A stretch of 64,000 nt of DNA from the NCBI GenBank assembly GCA_000995965.1, contig LBYD01000003.1:17713-81712 (forward strand). Reading direction: 5' to 3'. Each line of letters starts with the position of its first letter. Position 1 is the first letter of the stretch. Origin of the DNA: Candidatus Moranbacteria bacterium GW2011_GWC2_40_12. Its GTDB lineage: Bacteria > Patescibacteriota > Minisyncoccia > Moranbacterales > UBA11712. The notes beneath the pieces are model-generated. The model was given only the letters and a program-made list of their open reading frames with translations, ran no database searches and was not told the DNA's origin. This document shows, in pieces, positions 9,615 to 18,667 of the stretch. Both the position numbers and the translations under genes were made by a program.

Positions 9615-10328
9615 TTATCCCCCAAACCGTCTCGCTCTCCTCGAATAATCCTCAATCGCCTCGTGCGCTTTTTTGTCGTCAAAATCCGGCCAAAGCACTT
9701 CCGAAAAATACAGCTGGGCGTTCCGAAGATCCCACATCATGAATCCGGCGCTAATATGCGGCTCGCCGCCGGTGCGAATCAGAAGATCCACCGGCGGAAG
9801 GTCTCGCGTCATAAGATTTTCTTTTATCATCTTTGAGGTGATACGCTTCACCTTGCCTTTGCATTTCTCGATGAGGCTGTTGGCCGCCTCGACCAATTCA
9901 TCATCGCCGGAATAAGCCAAAAGAAAATTCAAAAAAAACTTCTGGTATTTTTCGGTTCTTGTCATGCATTTTCTGATGATTTTTTTGACCGTTTCCGGAA
10001 ACTGGTCTTCCCATTTTCCGATCACATTCACCCGCACTTCATGACTGTGGATATCCTCATTGTCTATCAGTTTTAAAAAATATTTTCGATAAATATCCAG
10101 CAACGCTTTTTTTTCGCGAAGCGGCCTTTTCCGGAGATTATCGAGTGAAGATCCCCAAAAAGTGATATGTTTCACGCCCAAGTCAAGATTAGCCCGCAAC
10201 ACTTTTTCGAGGTTCTTTGCTCCCGCGTCGTGCCCTTCCCAGGGCTTGAGGCCTTTTTTCTTCGCCCATCGCCGGTTCCCGTCGGGAATAATGGCGACGT
10301 GATTGGGAATGTTTTCTAATTGAGACAT
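9615..10328 (-). CDS. uppS: undecaprenyl diphosphate synthase
   Basis: 237 aa. Carries the HVAIIPDGNRRWAKKKG motif and the conserved cis-prenyltransferase fold order. Confidence 0.95.
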   Translation of the reverse strand: MSQLENIPNHVAIIPDGNRRWAKKKGLKPWEGHDAGAKNLEKVLRANLDLGVKHITFWGSSLDNLRKRPLREKKALLDIYRKYFLKLIDNEDIHSHEVRVNVIGKWEDQFPETVKKIIRKCMTRTEKYQKFFLNFLLAYSGDDELVEAANSLIEKCKGKVKRITSKMIKENLMTRDLPPVDLLIRTGGEPHISAGFMMWDLRNAQLYFSEVLWPDFDDKKAHEAIEDYSRRARRFGG

Positions 10329-10487
10329 ATAAATAAACAGGGAATACTAATCCCGATCTTTATCTGTTATTTTTCTGTGCCGTTATTATATTAAAAGATT
10401 GAAAAATACACAAATGTATTTCATTTTTAATTTCATCGCGAAGCGACTACAAAATTATACACTTTGCGTTTTCGCTTTATATATTTT

Positions 10488-11555
10488 CTAAACTTCTCTC
10501 TTCACTATATAATCCGCGATCCCGATCAGAAACGCTTTGACCTCCCTGTTGAAATCCGACTTTTCAATGGCCGCTTTTCCTTCTTCGACATATTTCCTCG
10601 CCAAATTTTGGGAATATTCAAAAGAGCCGGTTTCACGTATCACTCGCCTGAAACTTTCTATATCGCTTTCAGAAACATTTTTATTCCCCAGAAGTTTTTT
10701 CACCAATTTTTTCTGCTTCACGTCACTATTTTCAAGGGCCTTTACGATTAGGAGAGTTTGTTTCCCTTCCCGAAGATCGGAGCAAACCGGTTTTCCCAAT
10801 TTTTTTTCGTTCCCGAACGCCCCCAAAATGTCATCCTGAATTTGAAAAGCGATTCCGACCGGAACGGCATATTCGCTCAAAACTTTGAGTATCTTTTCGT
10901 CTGCGCCGGCGAGAAGCGCCCCGAGATGAAGCGGGCCTTCGACTGTATATTTGGCCGTTTTATTTCGATGCACTTCGATAATTTCTTTTTCAGTCGCCCG
11001 GCCTTTCGCTTCGAGCATCACATCCAGAATCTCGCCGGAAACGGTATTTACGACAATTTCCTGAAGTTTCAAAAGGGCTTTTTGCTTTCTCTCCGGAGAG
11101 AAACGGGAATTGAATATTATTTCATTTCCGAATGCCGCCGCCATATCACCCGCCACAATCGCCATTGAATCGCCAAAGTGTTTCGGTTCGGCTTTTTTAT
11201 AAAATTTCTTTGCCAAACCTTCATACCTCTTGTGGATCGTCTGGACACCGTGGCGAAAATCATCCCGGTCAATGATGTCGTCGTGAATGAGAAGAAAAAT
11301 ATGCGTGAGTTCTATACTCATCGAAGCCTCGATGATTTTTTCAAAATCATTGCCACCGGCCGCCCGATATCCCCAATACATGAAACCGGCCCGCACCCGT
11401 TTTCCGCCGGCGAGAATCAGATCGCGGATGCATTTCACGGCGTCCTTCGCCGACGGCCCGACCTCCCGCATCTCACGGAGCTTTTTGGCAAAATATTGGG
11501 CCAGACTACGATCAAGCGTTTTTTTGTAATTTTGCAGTTCTATTTTCGCGTCCAT
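10488..11555 (-). CDS. polyprenyl diphosphate synthase (trans-isoprenyl diphosphate synthase family)
   Basis: First DDxxD at LLIHDDIIDRDD and second at FQIQDDILG. Confidence 0.9.
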   Translation of the reverse strand: MDAKIELQNYKKTLDRSLAQYFAKKLREMREVGPSAKDAVKCIRDLILAGGKRVRAGFMYWGYRAAGGNDFEKIIEASMSIELTHIFLLIHDDIIDRDDFRHGVQTIHKRYEGLAKKFYKKAEPKHFGDSMAIVAGDMAAAFGNEIIFNSRFSPERKQKALLKLQEIVVNTVSGEILDVMLEAKGRATEKEIIEVHRNKTAKYTVEGPLHLGALLAGADEKILKVLSEYAVPVGIAFQIQDDILGAFGNEKKLGKPVCSDLREGKQTLLIVKALENSDVKQKKLVKKLLGNKNVSESDIESFRRVIRETGSFEYSQNLARKYVEEGKAAIEKSDFNREVKAFLIGIADYIVKREV

Positions 11556-11599
11556 ATAACTCTATTTTGGCTTATATAAGGAAAAATAGCAAATTTTGA

Positions 11600-11628
11600 T
11601 TGACAAAGTTGGATAATTTATATATAAT
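11600..11628 (+). promoter_or_regulatory. sigma70-type promoter (TTGACA-17-TATAAT)
   Basis: ttgaca at 11600-11605, a 17-nt spacer, then tataat at 11623-11628. Confidence 0.55.
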
Positions 11629-11659
11629 AACAGCAATAAAAAAACGAGTGGAGGTTAAC

Positions 11660-11869
11660 ATGCAACAGGCGACGTCGCAGCACACAGTGGATCTAGGAGG
11701 GGATATCAAACGGATTTTGATGGTCAGCCATAGCATTGGAGGAAAACGGCATATCGCCGAAGTCCGCGCTACTGGCAGTATGGATTTCGTGAGGCCTGCG
11801 CTCCACGAAATGTTCGTGGCCCCGGTCATCGAATCTGAGAAGTTCCTGAAGAGGAAACGCTTCTCCTAA
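11660..11869 (+). CDS. small GC-rich ORF (69 aa) with GGAGG SD; alternatively a structured ncRNA
   Basis: GGAGG sits 6 nt before the ATG. The SD-containing stretch gagtggaggtt is complementary to aaccacctccac immediately after the stop. GC is about 55% versus about 40% for the genome. Promoter upstream and terminator downstream. Confidence 0.35.
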   Translation: MQQATSQHTVDLGGDIKRILMVSHSIGGKRHIAEVRATGSMDFVRPALHEMFVAPVIESEKFLKRKRFS

Positions 11870-11931
11870 CCACCTCCACCGTGCAACACCGCCTCGCGGC
11901 ACTAGGACGCCATCGCGCGTATCATTACCTA

Positions 11932-11951
11932 GTGCCCGGGGCACCTTTTTT
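11932..11951 (+). terminator. rho-independent terminator
   Basis: gtgcccggggcac hairpin followed by ctttttt. Confidence 0.6.
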
Positions 11952-12010
11952 ATAAGGACAATTCACGAAAATTATAATTCGCCTAACTCGGGTGTTTTTT
12001 TATTGAAAAA

Positions 12011-12412
12011 TCAGGCGTGATATTTTTTTCTCACAATTCTCAATATTGGCCGGTTTCGCTCTTTTATTCTTGCCTGTGCGATCTTATCCTGTAATTCTCT
12101 TTGAATATCCCTGTTGCTCGAAATATGGCTCCATCGGTGAGCTTCCAGAAGGACGCTGTCTGTCCGATCCAGCACTGACTGCCGTTCTTCTTTTGATAAC
12201 TCATCGAAATGTTCAAGGATGGCGTCAAGGCTTTTGACAATGCCAAGAAATGAACTCGCCCTCAACGCTTCATCTCTTTTTTCCTTTCCCTGAAATAAGT
12301 CTTCACCAACCGGAACGCTTGCGAAGAAATCCTTCAAGACATTCGGATTGAGTCTTTCCGTCGGCGCGTTTATTTTTGGAATATGTTCTTCATTTTTCGC
12401 TGTCTCAAGCAT
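12011..12412 (-). CDS. hypothetical protein
   Basis: 133-aa ORF with an ATG start and a charged helical composition. No motif recognised. Confidence 0.45.
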   Translation of the reverse strand: MLETAKNEEHIPKINAPTERLNPNVLKDFFASVPVGEDLFQGKEKRDEALRASSFLGIVKSLDAILEHFDELSKEERQSVLDRTDSVLLEAHRWSHISSNRDIQRELQDKIAQARIKERNRPILRIVRKKYHA

Positions 12413-12432
12413 AATATTTCAAAATCCTTTGT

Positions 12433-12504
12433 AGCCTCTAGGGGAATCGAACCCCTCTTACTAGGATGAGAACCTAGCGTCCTAGCCGATAGACGAAGAG
12501 GCCA
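12433..12504 (-). tRNA. tRNA-Glu (anticodon CUC)
   Basis: Cloverleaf: acceptor GGCCUCU/AGAGGCU, D-arm GUCU..GGAC, anticodon loop UUCUCAU, T-arm AGGGGUUCGAUUCCCCU, discriminator A. No encoded CCA. Confidence 0.8.
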
Positions 12505-12655
12505 CGATAACTTATACATTACTAAAAATTTTTCAAATTGTCCATAATTTTCAAAAAAGAAAAGGGCCCGTGCTGGATGCGCCTGCGATGCAGACGCCAC
12601 GGACCCCCTCGGGTCGAATTTTGGTTTCGCAATTATTAGCTCCCTCCTTCGCCTC

Positions 12656-12874
12656 TTAGGCTTTGCCAACAGGATTGTAGGCGTAGTTGCACCCAAGTCT
12701 AGAGGTGCAAGGCATGGGCCCATTTCCATAGAAGATACAGGATGGGCATTGCTCTGAAAAATGTCGCTCGGGTTCTTTTATGGTGATGAATCCCATTTTT
12801 GAAAAGCGGCTTTCCCTTACAATTTCCTGGAAAGCCTCAGCCGCTGCCATTAAACTTCCTTCAGATGAATTCAT
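12656..12874 (-). CDS. small Cys-rich ORF (72 aa) with GGAGG SD, embedded in a structured GC-rich RNA region
   Basis: ggagg sits 4-5 nt before the ATG. The C-terminus reads CPSCIFYGNGPMPCTSRLGCNY. The 3' end lies inside a GGGCCC...GGGCCC-closed helix domain followed by a U-tract. Confidence 0.3.
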   Translation of the reverse strand: MNSSEGSLMAAAEAFQEIVRESRFSKMGFITIKEPERHFSEQCPSCIFYGNGPMPCTSRLGCNYAYNPVGKA

Positions 12875-12907
12875 TGTTCCTCCGAAAATCTCGGAAAATA
12901 TTTAGTG

Positions 12908-12978
12908 AAAAAATGGTTAGTCTTGCGCCCAACTTAAGAATCAAATTTACGTTTAATTATTAAATCGGGCACAAGACT
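12908..12978 (-). terminator. long hairpin plus U-tract (minus strand), likely murF operon terminator
   Basis: agtcttgcgccc pairs with gggcacaagact. On the minus strand this is followed by uuuuuu (plus-strand aaaaaa at 12908-12913). Confidence 0.45.
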
Positions 12979-13218
12979 TTTTGTGTTTTCTTCCAAAAAA
13001 CACAAAACGACCCAGCGTATCGCGTGGATCGTTTGTTAAAGAGCTGACGGTTGTCCCCTATTTCATCCCGCCGCAACTTTGGCGAAGGCGGATTTATTTC
13101 TACAGCCGTGAGCTCTCTTAGATATTCAATTTTGCCGAATTTTATTTTCCCCTTTTTATTTCAACGCCTCTTTATTCTACTCCACTGAAAATATCGGTCA
13201 AGCCGGAGTTATCCACAA

Positions 13219-14529
13219 CTATTTTTTCCATTCGGACGTCTGCCTAGGCAGCAGCTTTTCCGATTGTTCGGGAAAACGCATAATTTCCTCTGATATAAGC
13301 TCCATTCGGGCTCCCTGGGAACCTTTTATCAAAATAATATCGCCTTCTTGAAGCATATTTTGAATAGGGATTTTAGCTTCAATCGAATCATTATAGCAGA
13401 ATATTCTTTTTTTGTCAAGTCCAGCCTTCTCTGCCTCGTCGGCGATGAATTTCGCCTTTTCTCCCACCGCGAAAAGCATATCCGCCGTTTCGGCCACTTT
13501 TCTCCCGACTTCCCGATGGCCCGATTCGGTCTCGGCACCGAGTTCCAGCATATTGCCAAGGGCCGCGAGACGACGACGCGCTTTTATCTTTCCTAGAACT
13601 TCAAGTGCTGCCAGTGTGGACTGCGGAGCAGCGTTGTAGCTGTCCTCGATAATGATCGTATTTTTGATACCGTCAATGATATTGAGTCTTCCCGCGGGAG
13701 ATTGAAAATTCTTGAGGGCGTCGGCAATTTCTAGGAGGTTCATCCCAAAATGAGTTCCTACCGCAGCGGCGGCCAACACTGAATAAATCTGCGGCCGGCC
13801 AACTGATTGCATGAGCCTCACTGGAATGGACACCCCGTTGAAATTCAACTTGAAACTGATTCCTCTTATTTTTTCAAGATCCCCGCCATAAAAATCCTCT
13901 GTTTTTTCATATCCGAAAAAAATATCAGACGCCCGCACGTTTGCCTTTTCCAAAAATCCGTAAAATATCTTTTCCGCCTTTATTTCTTCCGCCATCTTTC
14001 GCGCTGCTTCGTCATCAAAATTGAGAACTGCCAGTCCGTTTTTCGCGAGATATCTCACAAGCGTGCTTTTTTCTTTGGCAATTTGTTTTATGTCTTTGAA
14101 AAACTCAAGGTGGCTGATGCCGACTGCTGTCACCACACCCACCTCCGGTTTCAAAAAATTGACGAGATACTTGATATCGCCCGGCCGGTCGGCGCCCATT
14201 TCAAGGACCAAAATTTCCGGATATCTTTTTTTGCTTTCCAGCGTGACAATGAGAACAGCTTTCAAAAGGACAGCCAGCCATCTCCAAATGTTTCCTTCTC
14301 CGCTTTCAAGCCCGAGAACTGTGAGGGGAAGGCCTATTTCATTATTATAATTTTTCTCATTTTTCCGCACCCGGTATTTTGCCGACAGCACAGCGAAAAT
14401 CGCCTCTTTAGTCGAAGTTTTTCCCACTGATCCCGTCACGCCGACAACGCGGGGCTTGAAACGGCGCAGAGCTTTGGTTGCGAAATATCGCAATATTTTT
14501 TCTAATAATTGGATTTTTCTGGATTTCAT
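13219..14529 (-). CDS. murF: Mur ligase, UDP-MurNAc-tripeptide--D-alanyl-D-alanine ligase-like (MurF; MurE not excluded); short N-terminus
   Basis: P-loop GVTGSVGKTSTKE sits at residue ~30, so the N-terminal domain is short. C-terminal DSYNAAPQS motif. Sits in the dcw context after ftsI. Confidence 0.8.
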   Translation of the reverse strand: MKSRKIQLLEKILRYFATKALRRFKPRVVGVTGSVGKTSTKEAIFAVLSAKYRVRKNEKNYNNEIGLPLTVLGLESGEGNIWRWLAVLLKAVLIVTLESKKRYPEILVLEMGADRPGDIKYLVNFLKPEVGVVTAVGISHLEFFKDIKQIAKEKSTLVRYLAKNGLAVLNFDDEAARKMAEEIKAEKIFYGFLEKANVRASDIFFGYEKTEDFYGGDLEKIRGISFKLNFNGVSIPVRLMQSVGRPQIYSVLAAAAVGTHFGMNLLEIADALKNFQSPAGRLNIIDGIKNTIIIEDSYNAAPQSTLAALEVLGKIKARRRLAALGNMLELGAETESGHREVGRKVAETADMLFAVGEKAKFIADEAEKAGLDKKRIFCYNDSIEAKIPIQNMLQEGDIILIKGSQGARMELISEEIMRFPEQSEKLLPRQTSEWKK

Positions 14530-14532
14530 AAA

Positions 14533-14645
14533 CAGAATTTTGAATTGAGAATTGCGAATTTAGAATGGGAATGTTTGAATTTAGAATCCTGAATTCTTTA
14601 TTATTTATTCCCATTCGCAATTCTAAATTCTGAATTCTCAATTCT
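14533..14645. repeat. heptad-periodic palindromic element (GAATTNN type)
   Basis: gaatttt gaattga gaattgc gaattta gaatggg ..., then a ttattatttattc loop, then ccattcg caattct aaattct gaattct caattct. Overlaps the ftsI stop. Confidence 0.8.
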
Positions 14646-16521
14646 TATTTTTTTTCTTCTTCTCCTTCTTTTCTTCCACCGTCGATGTTGGCTGCGCCGG
14701 AGCCGTTTCTTCCGGTTTTGGCGCCTGATATATCGAAATGTCGTGCGTGGCGTTGAAAAGGTCTATGTCTTTTTCAGTATATTCTTCGGTTGGTTCGACA
14801 CCAAAATAATCTAGCATGAATTTCGCCATTTCACCAAACGTCGGTGCGGCGCTTGATTCGGCCCACTCGACATTCTTGGGATTATCGAGCTTCACAAGCA
14901 TCACGAACTTCGGGTCATATGCTGGCGCGAACCCGGCGAACGATCCGACATGCGCATTTTCATCGTATCCACCGCCTTCTTTCTTGGGAATTTGGGCTGT
15001 TCCGGTTTTTCCGGCCACGAGATAGCCGGGAACTCCCGCCCTTTTTCCGTGACCGTTTTGGACAACGCTAACCAGCATTCGAGCCAAATCCAGACTGGCT
15101 TCCCTTGACATAACTCGCCGTTCTTCCCGGGGCTGGGTTTTGATCTCTTCCTCATTGCCTTTCACGATTTTTTCCACCAAGTATGGCTTCAAGAGTTCGC
15201 CTCCGTTGGCAATCACAGTAAAAGCATTCACGAGTTGAAGCGGCGTCATCGAAATCCCCTGTCCGAATGATGCCGTAAAAGAATTTATGCTTCGAAGTTC
15301 CGCCACACCCGAAATATTGCCCGGAACTTCCCCTATTGTTTCAATTCCAGTTTTTTCTCCGAATCCGAAATTTTTGACATATTCATAAAAGCGCAGGTTT
15401 CCGAGAAGTTTTTCAACAAAAATGACTCCGGTATTCAAAGATTTTTCAAGAACCTGAGTCATGGTTTGGACGCCATTAGCTTTTCCGTCAGAATTTTTGA
15501 TGGTGTAGCCGGCTTCGCTGACCGCGCCTGTGTCCGTATAGGTCGTGTCCGGCATCACTACTTTCGCGTCAATCCCGGCAGCCATCGTGATTGGCTTGAA
15601 AACGGACCCGCATTCGTACGTTCCGCTCACTGCCGGATTGGAAAAAACTGACATATCTTCCACTTTGGAAAAATCATTGGCGTTGAAAGTCGGCCAGGAC
15701 GCCATGGCTAAAACCGCTCCCGTGCGTGGTTCCTGCACAACTATTGTCCCGCCGTCCGCGCTGAATTTTTCAACCGATTTTTTGATCGCCATTTCGGCGC
15801 GGTATTGAATCGTATGATCAATGGTCAGATAGATATCAGCGCCATTTTCGGCCGGCACAACGGTTCTGTCGCCAATCGAAATCCAGCGCCCTCCCGTATC
15901 CCGTTCCTGCTCAAGGCTCCCCTCACGTCCAGTCAGTTCTTTTTCCCAATAGGCTTCAAGACCATAGCGTCCTTTTGTTTGGTTGCCGTCAGACCCGACA
16001 AAACCCACGATCTGGGAGGCAAAAGTTCCGCCGGGATAAAATCGCTCGTTTTCAGGGGAAAAATATATACCCTTGAGTCCCTTTTCCCTAATTTCTTCGG
16101 CTTTTCGTTCGTCCACTTTATGCTTGAGAACCGCATACCAGACACCGGGCTGATCCAGCTTGTCCTCTATTTCCCACTCATCAAGTTCCAGAATCGGCGC
16201 TATTTGCCGAGCGGTCTCTTCCGGATTTTCCACTTCCCGCGGCACGGCAAAGACGAGATTTAGTTCCTTGTTCACCGCCACGGGATAGTATCCGTCAGTA
16301 TCTTTCACTAATATCTCCCCTCTCCTGGGGACAAGATCGTCAAAAACTTTGTGCTGGTCGGAAGCCAGCTCTTGATAATAACTATGGGCGAGAACCTGAA
16401 GAGTATATAGGCGGAACACAACTATGCCGGCGGTCGCAAAAATAAAAACAACCAGAACATATATCCGGAAGTTTGTTTTTAGAGAACCGGTTTTTTGTGC
16501 GGCAAAATTTTTTTTGGTCAT
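14638..16521 (-). CDS. ftsI: peptidoglycan D,D-transpeptidase FtsI (class B PBP)
   Basis: N-terminal TM helix and a dimerisation domain. Carries the SVFKP (SxxK) and KTGTAQ motifs. ATG at 16521; the track starts at TTG 16524. Confidence 0.9.
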   Translation of the reverse strand: MTKKNFAAQKTGSLKTNFRIYVLVVFIFATAGIVVFRLYTLQVLAHSYYQELASDQHKVFDDLVPRRGEILVKDTDGYYPVAVNKELNLVFAVPREVENPEETARQIAPILELDEWEIEDKLDQPGVWYAVLKHKVDERKAEEIREKGLKGIYFSPENERFYPGGTFASQIVGFVGSDGNQTKGRYGLEAYWEKELTGREGSLEQERDTGGRWISIGDRTVVPAENGADIYLTIDHTIQYRAEMAIKKSVEKFSADGGTIVVQEPRTGAVLAMASWPTFNANDFSKVEDMSVFSNPAVSGTYECGSVFKPITMAAGIDAKVVMPDTTYTDTGAVSEAGYTIKNSDGKANGVQTMTQVLEKSLNTGVIFVEKLLGNLRFYEYVKNFGFGEKTGIETIGEVPGNISGVAELRSINSFTASFGQGISMTPLQLVNAFTVIANGGELLKPYLVEKIVKGNEEEIKTQPREERRVMSREASLDLARMLVSVVQNGHGKRAGVPGYLVAGKTGTAQIPKKEGGGYDENAHVGSFAGFAPAYDPKFVMLVKLDNPKNVEWAESSAAPTFGEMAKFMLDYFGVEPTEEYTEKDIDLFNATHDISIYQAPKPEETAPAQPTSTVEEKKEKKKKNKN

Positions 16522-16533
16522 CAATTTTTGTAT

Positions 16534-16893
16534 CTATTTCATCGCCACGTCGCCCGGCAAATTGAGATAACTCACGTCCTTCGGCGCGACCATATTGAGA
16601 TCTTTGGTCTTTTCTTCAATTTTATACATCGATTTGAGTTCCGCTTCCTGAATGCGAAGCGCCTCATTTTCTTTCCGCGATTTATTGAGCTGATTCTCTA
16701 AATTTCTTATTTCATAGCCCTTTGTCGCCAAATTATTCACTTCGAAAATATAAAAGACTCCCGCCGCGCAAACAAGCGCGACTAAAATAAAACTCAAGGT
16801 CACCCGGCCCATTTGAGGCCCGGCATTCAGTGATTTTTTCCTTTCACCGAACCGGACGGAACTGGAATTGGTGATGGTAAGATAACGGCTCAT
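16534..16893 (-). CDS. ftsL: cell division protein FtsL-like (septum formation initiator)
   Basis: 119 aa with a single TM helix and a coiled-coil periplasmic part. Sits between rsmH and ftsI. Confidence 0.6.
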   Translation of the reverse strand: MSRYLTITNSSSVRFGERKKSLNAGPQMGRVTLSFILVALVCAAGVFYIFEVNNLATKGYEIRNLENQLNKSRKENEALRIQEAELKSMYKIEEKTKDLNMVAPKDVSYLNLPGDVAMK

Positions 16894-16928
16894 TGGACTT
16901 TCGTCCCCCTGATTTTCTTTTTTATTTT

Positions 16929-17037
16929 TGAATTATGAATTGTGAATTGCGAATTAGAATGGGAATGCGGAATCCCGAACTCTGAATTCTTTGTTCTAAA
17001 TTCCCATTCGCAATTCTTAATTCCAAATTCTCAATTC
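16929..17037. repeat. heptad-periodic palindromic element (GAATTNN type)
   Basis: gaattat gaattgt gaattgc gaattag aatggga ..., then a loop, then cccattc gcaattc ttaattc caaattc tcaattc. Confidence 0.8.
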
Positions 17038-17039
17038 TT

Positions 17040-18092
17040 TCACATCTTCTCCACTACTCTCATTTTCGCGCTCCTGGCTCTCGAATTTTCACGGATTTCT
17101 TTCTCGCTTGGCTGAATCGGTTTTTTGGTAATAATTTTCAGGATTCTTCTGTGGTTGCAAACGCATTTGGGAAATTTCGGCGGACAAACGCAGTCTCGCG
17201 CTTCTTTTCGGAAAAAATTTTTAACAATACGGTCCTCTAGTGAATGGAAACTGATGACTGCCAGCCTCCCTCCATTAGCCAATCCATTCACCGCCTTTTC
17301 CAGAAATATCTTCAAATTTTCGAGTTCCTGGTTAACTTCAATCCGTAAGGCCTGAAACACCCTCGTTGCTGGATGAATTTTCCCCATTTTATAATTTTTT
17401 GGAACTGATCTGAAAATAATTTCAACTAATTTTCCAACTTCGCCTATTTTTTCCCGCCGGCCGGCGGATATTCTCACCCTTGCTATTTCTCTGGCAATTC
17501 TTCGAGCGTATTTCTCTTCTCCGTATTTCCAAAAAATATCAGCCAGATCTTTTTCCGAATATTTGTTGACAACATCCGCCGCCGTTACTTTCTGAGTTTC
17601 AGGAGAATATCTCATGTCGAGGGGACCGTCGAGGAGAAAACTAAACCCTCTCCTTTTATCTTCAATCTGGTCAGAGCTGAATCCAAGGTCAATCAAAATT
17701 GCATCTGCCGCGTTCAGATCCAACTCTTCAAAGATTTTATCCAAATTCGCGTAATTTTCACTTACCCCGCACCAATACCCGACGATTTTATCCCCTGAAA
17801 ATAGAGGCATGAATGCCAGAGGAGAAGCATTCTCGTCATTAGCATTACTCGCTACTGGTGCGGGGAAGGCCCTATTCCGAATATCGTAACCTTCCTTTTT
17901 TAATCTTTGTTGAAAATTTTGAATCGCCCCTTCGTCCCAGTCAATTGAAATGAGCTTTCCGCCCGGCAATATTTTTTTGAGCATTTCGATTGAATGACCG
18001 CCGGCTCCAAGAGTTCCATCAACGACCGTCATTCCTGGTTTCAAATTCAGATTTTCAATTAACTCTTTTGCTAAAACCGCTTTGTGAACCAT
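17040..18092 (-). CDS. rsmH: 16S rRNA (cytosine1402-N4)-methyltransferase RsmH/MraW
   Basis: Carries VVDGTLGAGGHS and the conserved RsmH fold order, with a ~40-aa insertion. ATG at 18092; the track starts at TTG 18110. Confidence 0.9.
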   Translation of the reverse strand: MVHKAVLAKELIENLNLKPGMTVVDGTLGAGGHSIEMLKKILPGGKLISIDWDEGAIQNFQQRLKKEGYDIRNRAFPAPVASNANDENASPLAFMPLFSGDKIVGYWCGVSENYANLDKIFEELDLNAADAILIDLGFSSDQIEDKRRGFSFLLDGPLDMRYSPETQKVTAADVVNKYSEKDLADIFWKYGEEKYARRIAREIARVRISAGRREKIGEVGKLVEIIFRSVPKNYKMGKIHPATRVFQALRIEVNQELENLKIFLEKAVNGLANGGRLAVISFHSLEDRIVKNFFRKEARDCVCPPKFPKCVCNHRRILKIITKKPIQPSEKEIRENSRARSAKMRVVEKM

Positions 18093-18102
18093 ATCTAATG
18101 CA

Positions 18103-18190
18103 AAATGCAAAAATCAAAATGAAAAATGACAGTGTAAAATTCAAAATATTTTTTCATTTTGAATTGTCATTTTGACTTTTGATTTTTAAT
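18103..18190. repeat. heptad-periodic palindromic element (ATGNAAA/CAAAATG variant)
   Basis: atgcaaa atgcaaa aatcaaa atgaaaa atgacag ..., then complementary ttttcat tttgaat tgtcatt ttgactt ttgattt units. Confidence 0.7.
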
Positions 18191-18620
18191 ATATTCCGAG
18201 TTTACCAAGCTGTTCCGCAATTTCATCTGTGTTTTTTTCAGCTTCCTTCTTATACTTGCCCCATTTTTCTCCATCCCAGATTTCAAGGCGGTTATAGAGC
18301 CCCGCAATCACCACTTCTTTTTTGAGTCCGGCATACTCCTTGAGATAGTCGGGGATAAGAACCCGGCCAAGCTTGTCGATGTCGACATCCACCGCGCCCG
18401 CCAGCATGAGCCTCACGAAACTTCGCGTTCCCGACTCCCCCATCGGTAGACTTCCAAGTTTCGAAGACAGATCCTCCCAAGTTTTCATTGGATATACGAA
18501 AAGGCATTTATCAAGTCCGCGCGTGACAACTGCCCGTCCGGAAAAAACCTCCCTGAATTTTGACGGAATAGCTACGCGCTTTTTCGGATCTATGTTGTGA
18601 GAATATTCACCAATAAACAT
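18186..18620 (-). CDS. mraZ: transcriptional regulator MraZ
   Basis: Begins MFIGEYSHNIDPKKRVAIPSKFRE and has duplicated MraZ domains. ATG at 18620; the track extends upstream to TTG 18677 across the DnaA boxes. Confidence 0.9.
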   Translation of the reverse strand: MFIGEYSHNIDPKKRVAIPSKFREVFSGRAVVTRGLDKCLFVYPMKTWEDLSSKLGSLPMGESGTRSFVRLMLAGAVDVDIDKLGRVLIPDYLKEYAGLKKEVVIAGLYNRLEIWDGEKWGKYKKEAEKNTDEIAEQLGKLGIY

Positions 18621-18667
18621 TTTTTCAAGACGACAAAGAAAAATACAAACCGTGTTCCCCCGTTTGT

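Noticed and set aside
11693-11944. Minus-strand ORF 11693..11944 (83 aa) in the GC-rich unit
   Set aside because: It is antisense to the promoter/SD/terminator-defined plus-strand unit. It looks like a GC-rich frame artefact.
12370-12729. ORF 12370..12729 (-) overlapping tRNA-Glu
   Set aside because: It runs through a canonical tRNA gene and the GGGCCC-closed structured domain. Not plausible as protein-coding.
14533-14645. Possibility that the periodic repeats are CRISPR arrays
   Set aside because: The period is 7 nt, not 30-40. There are no unique spacers, the arms are inverted copies of each other, and there are no cas genes nearby.
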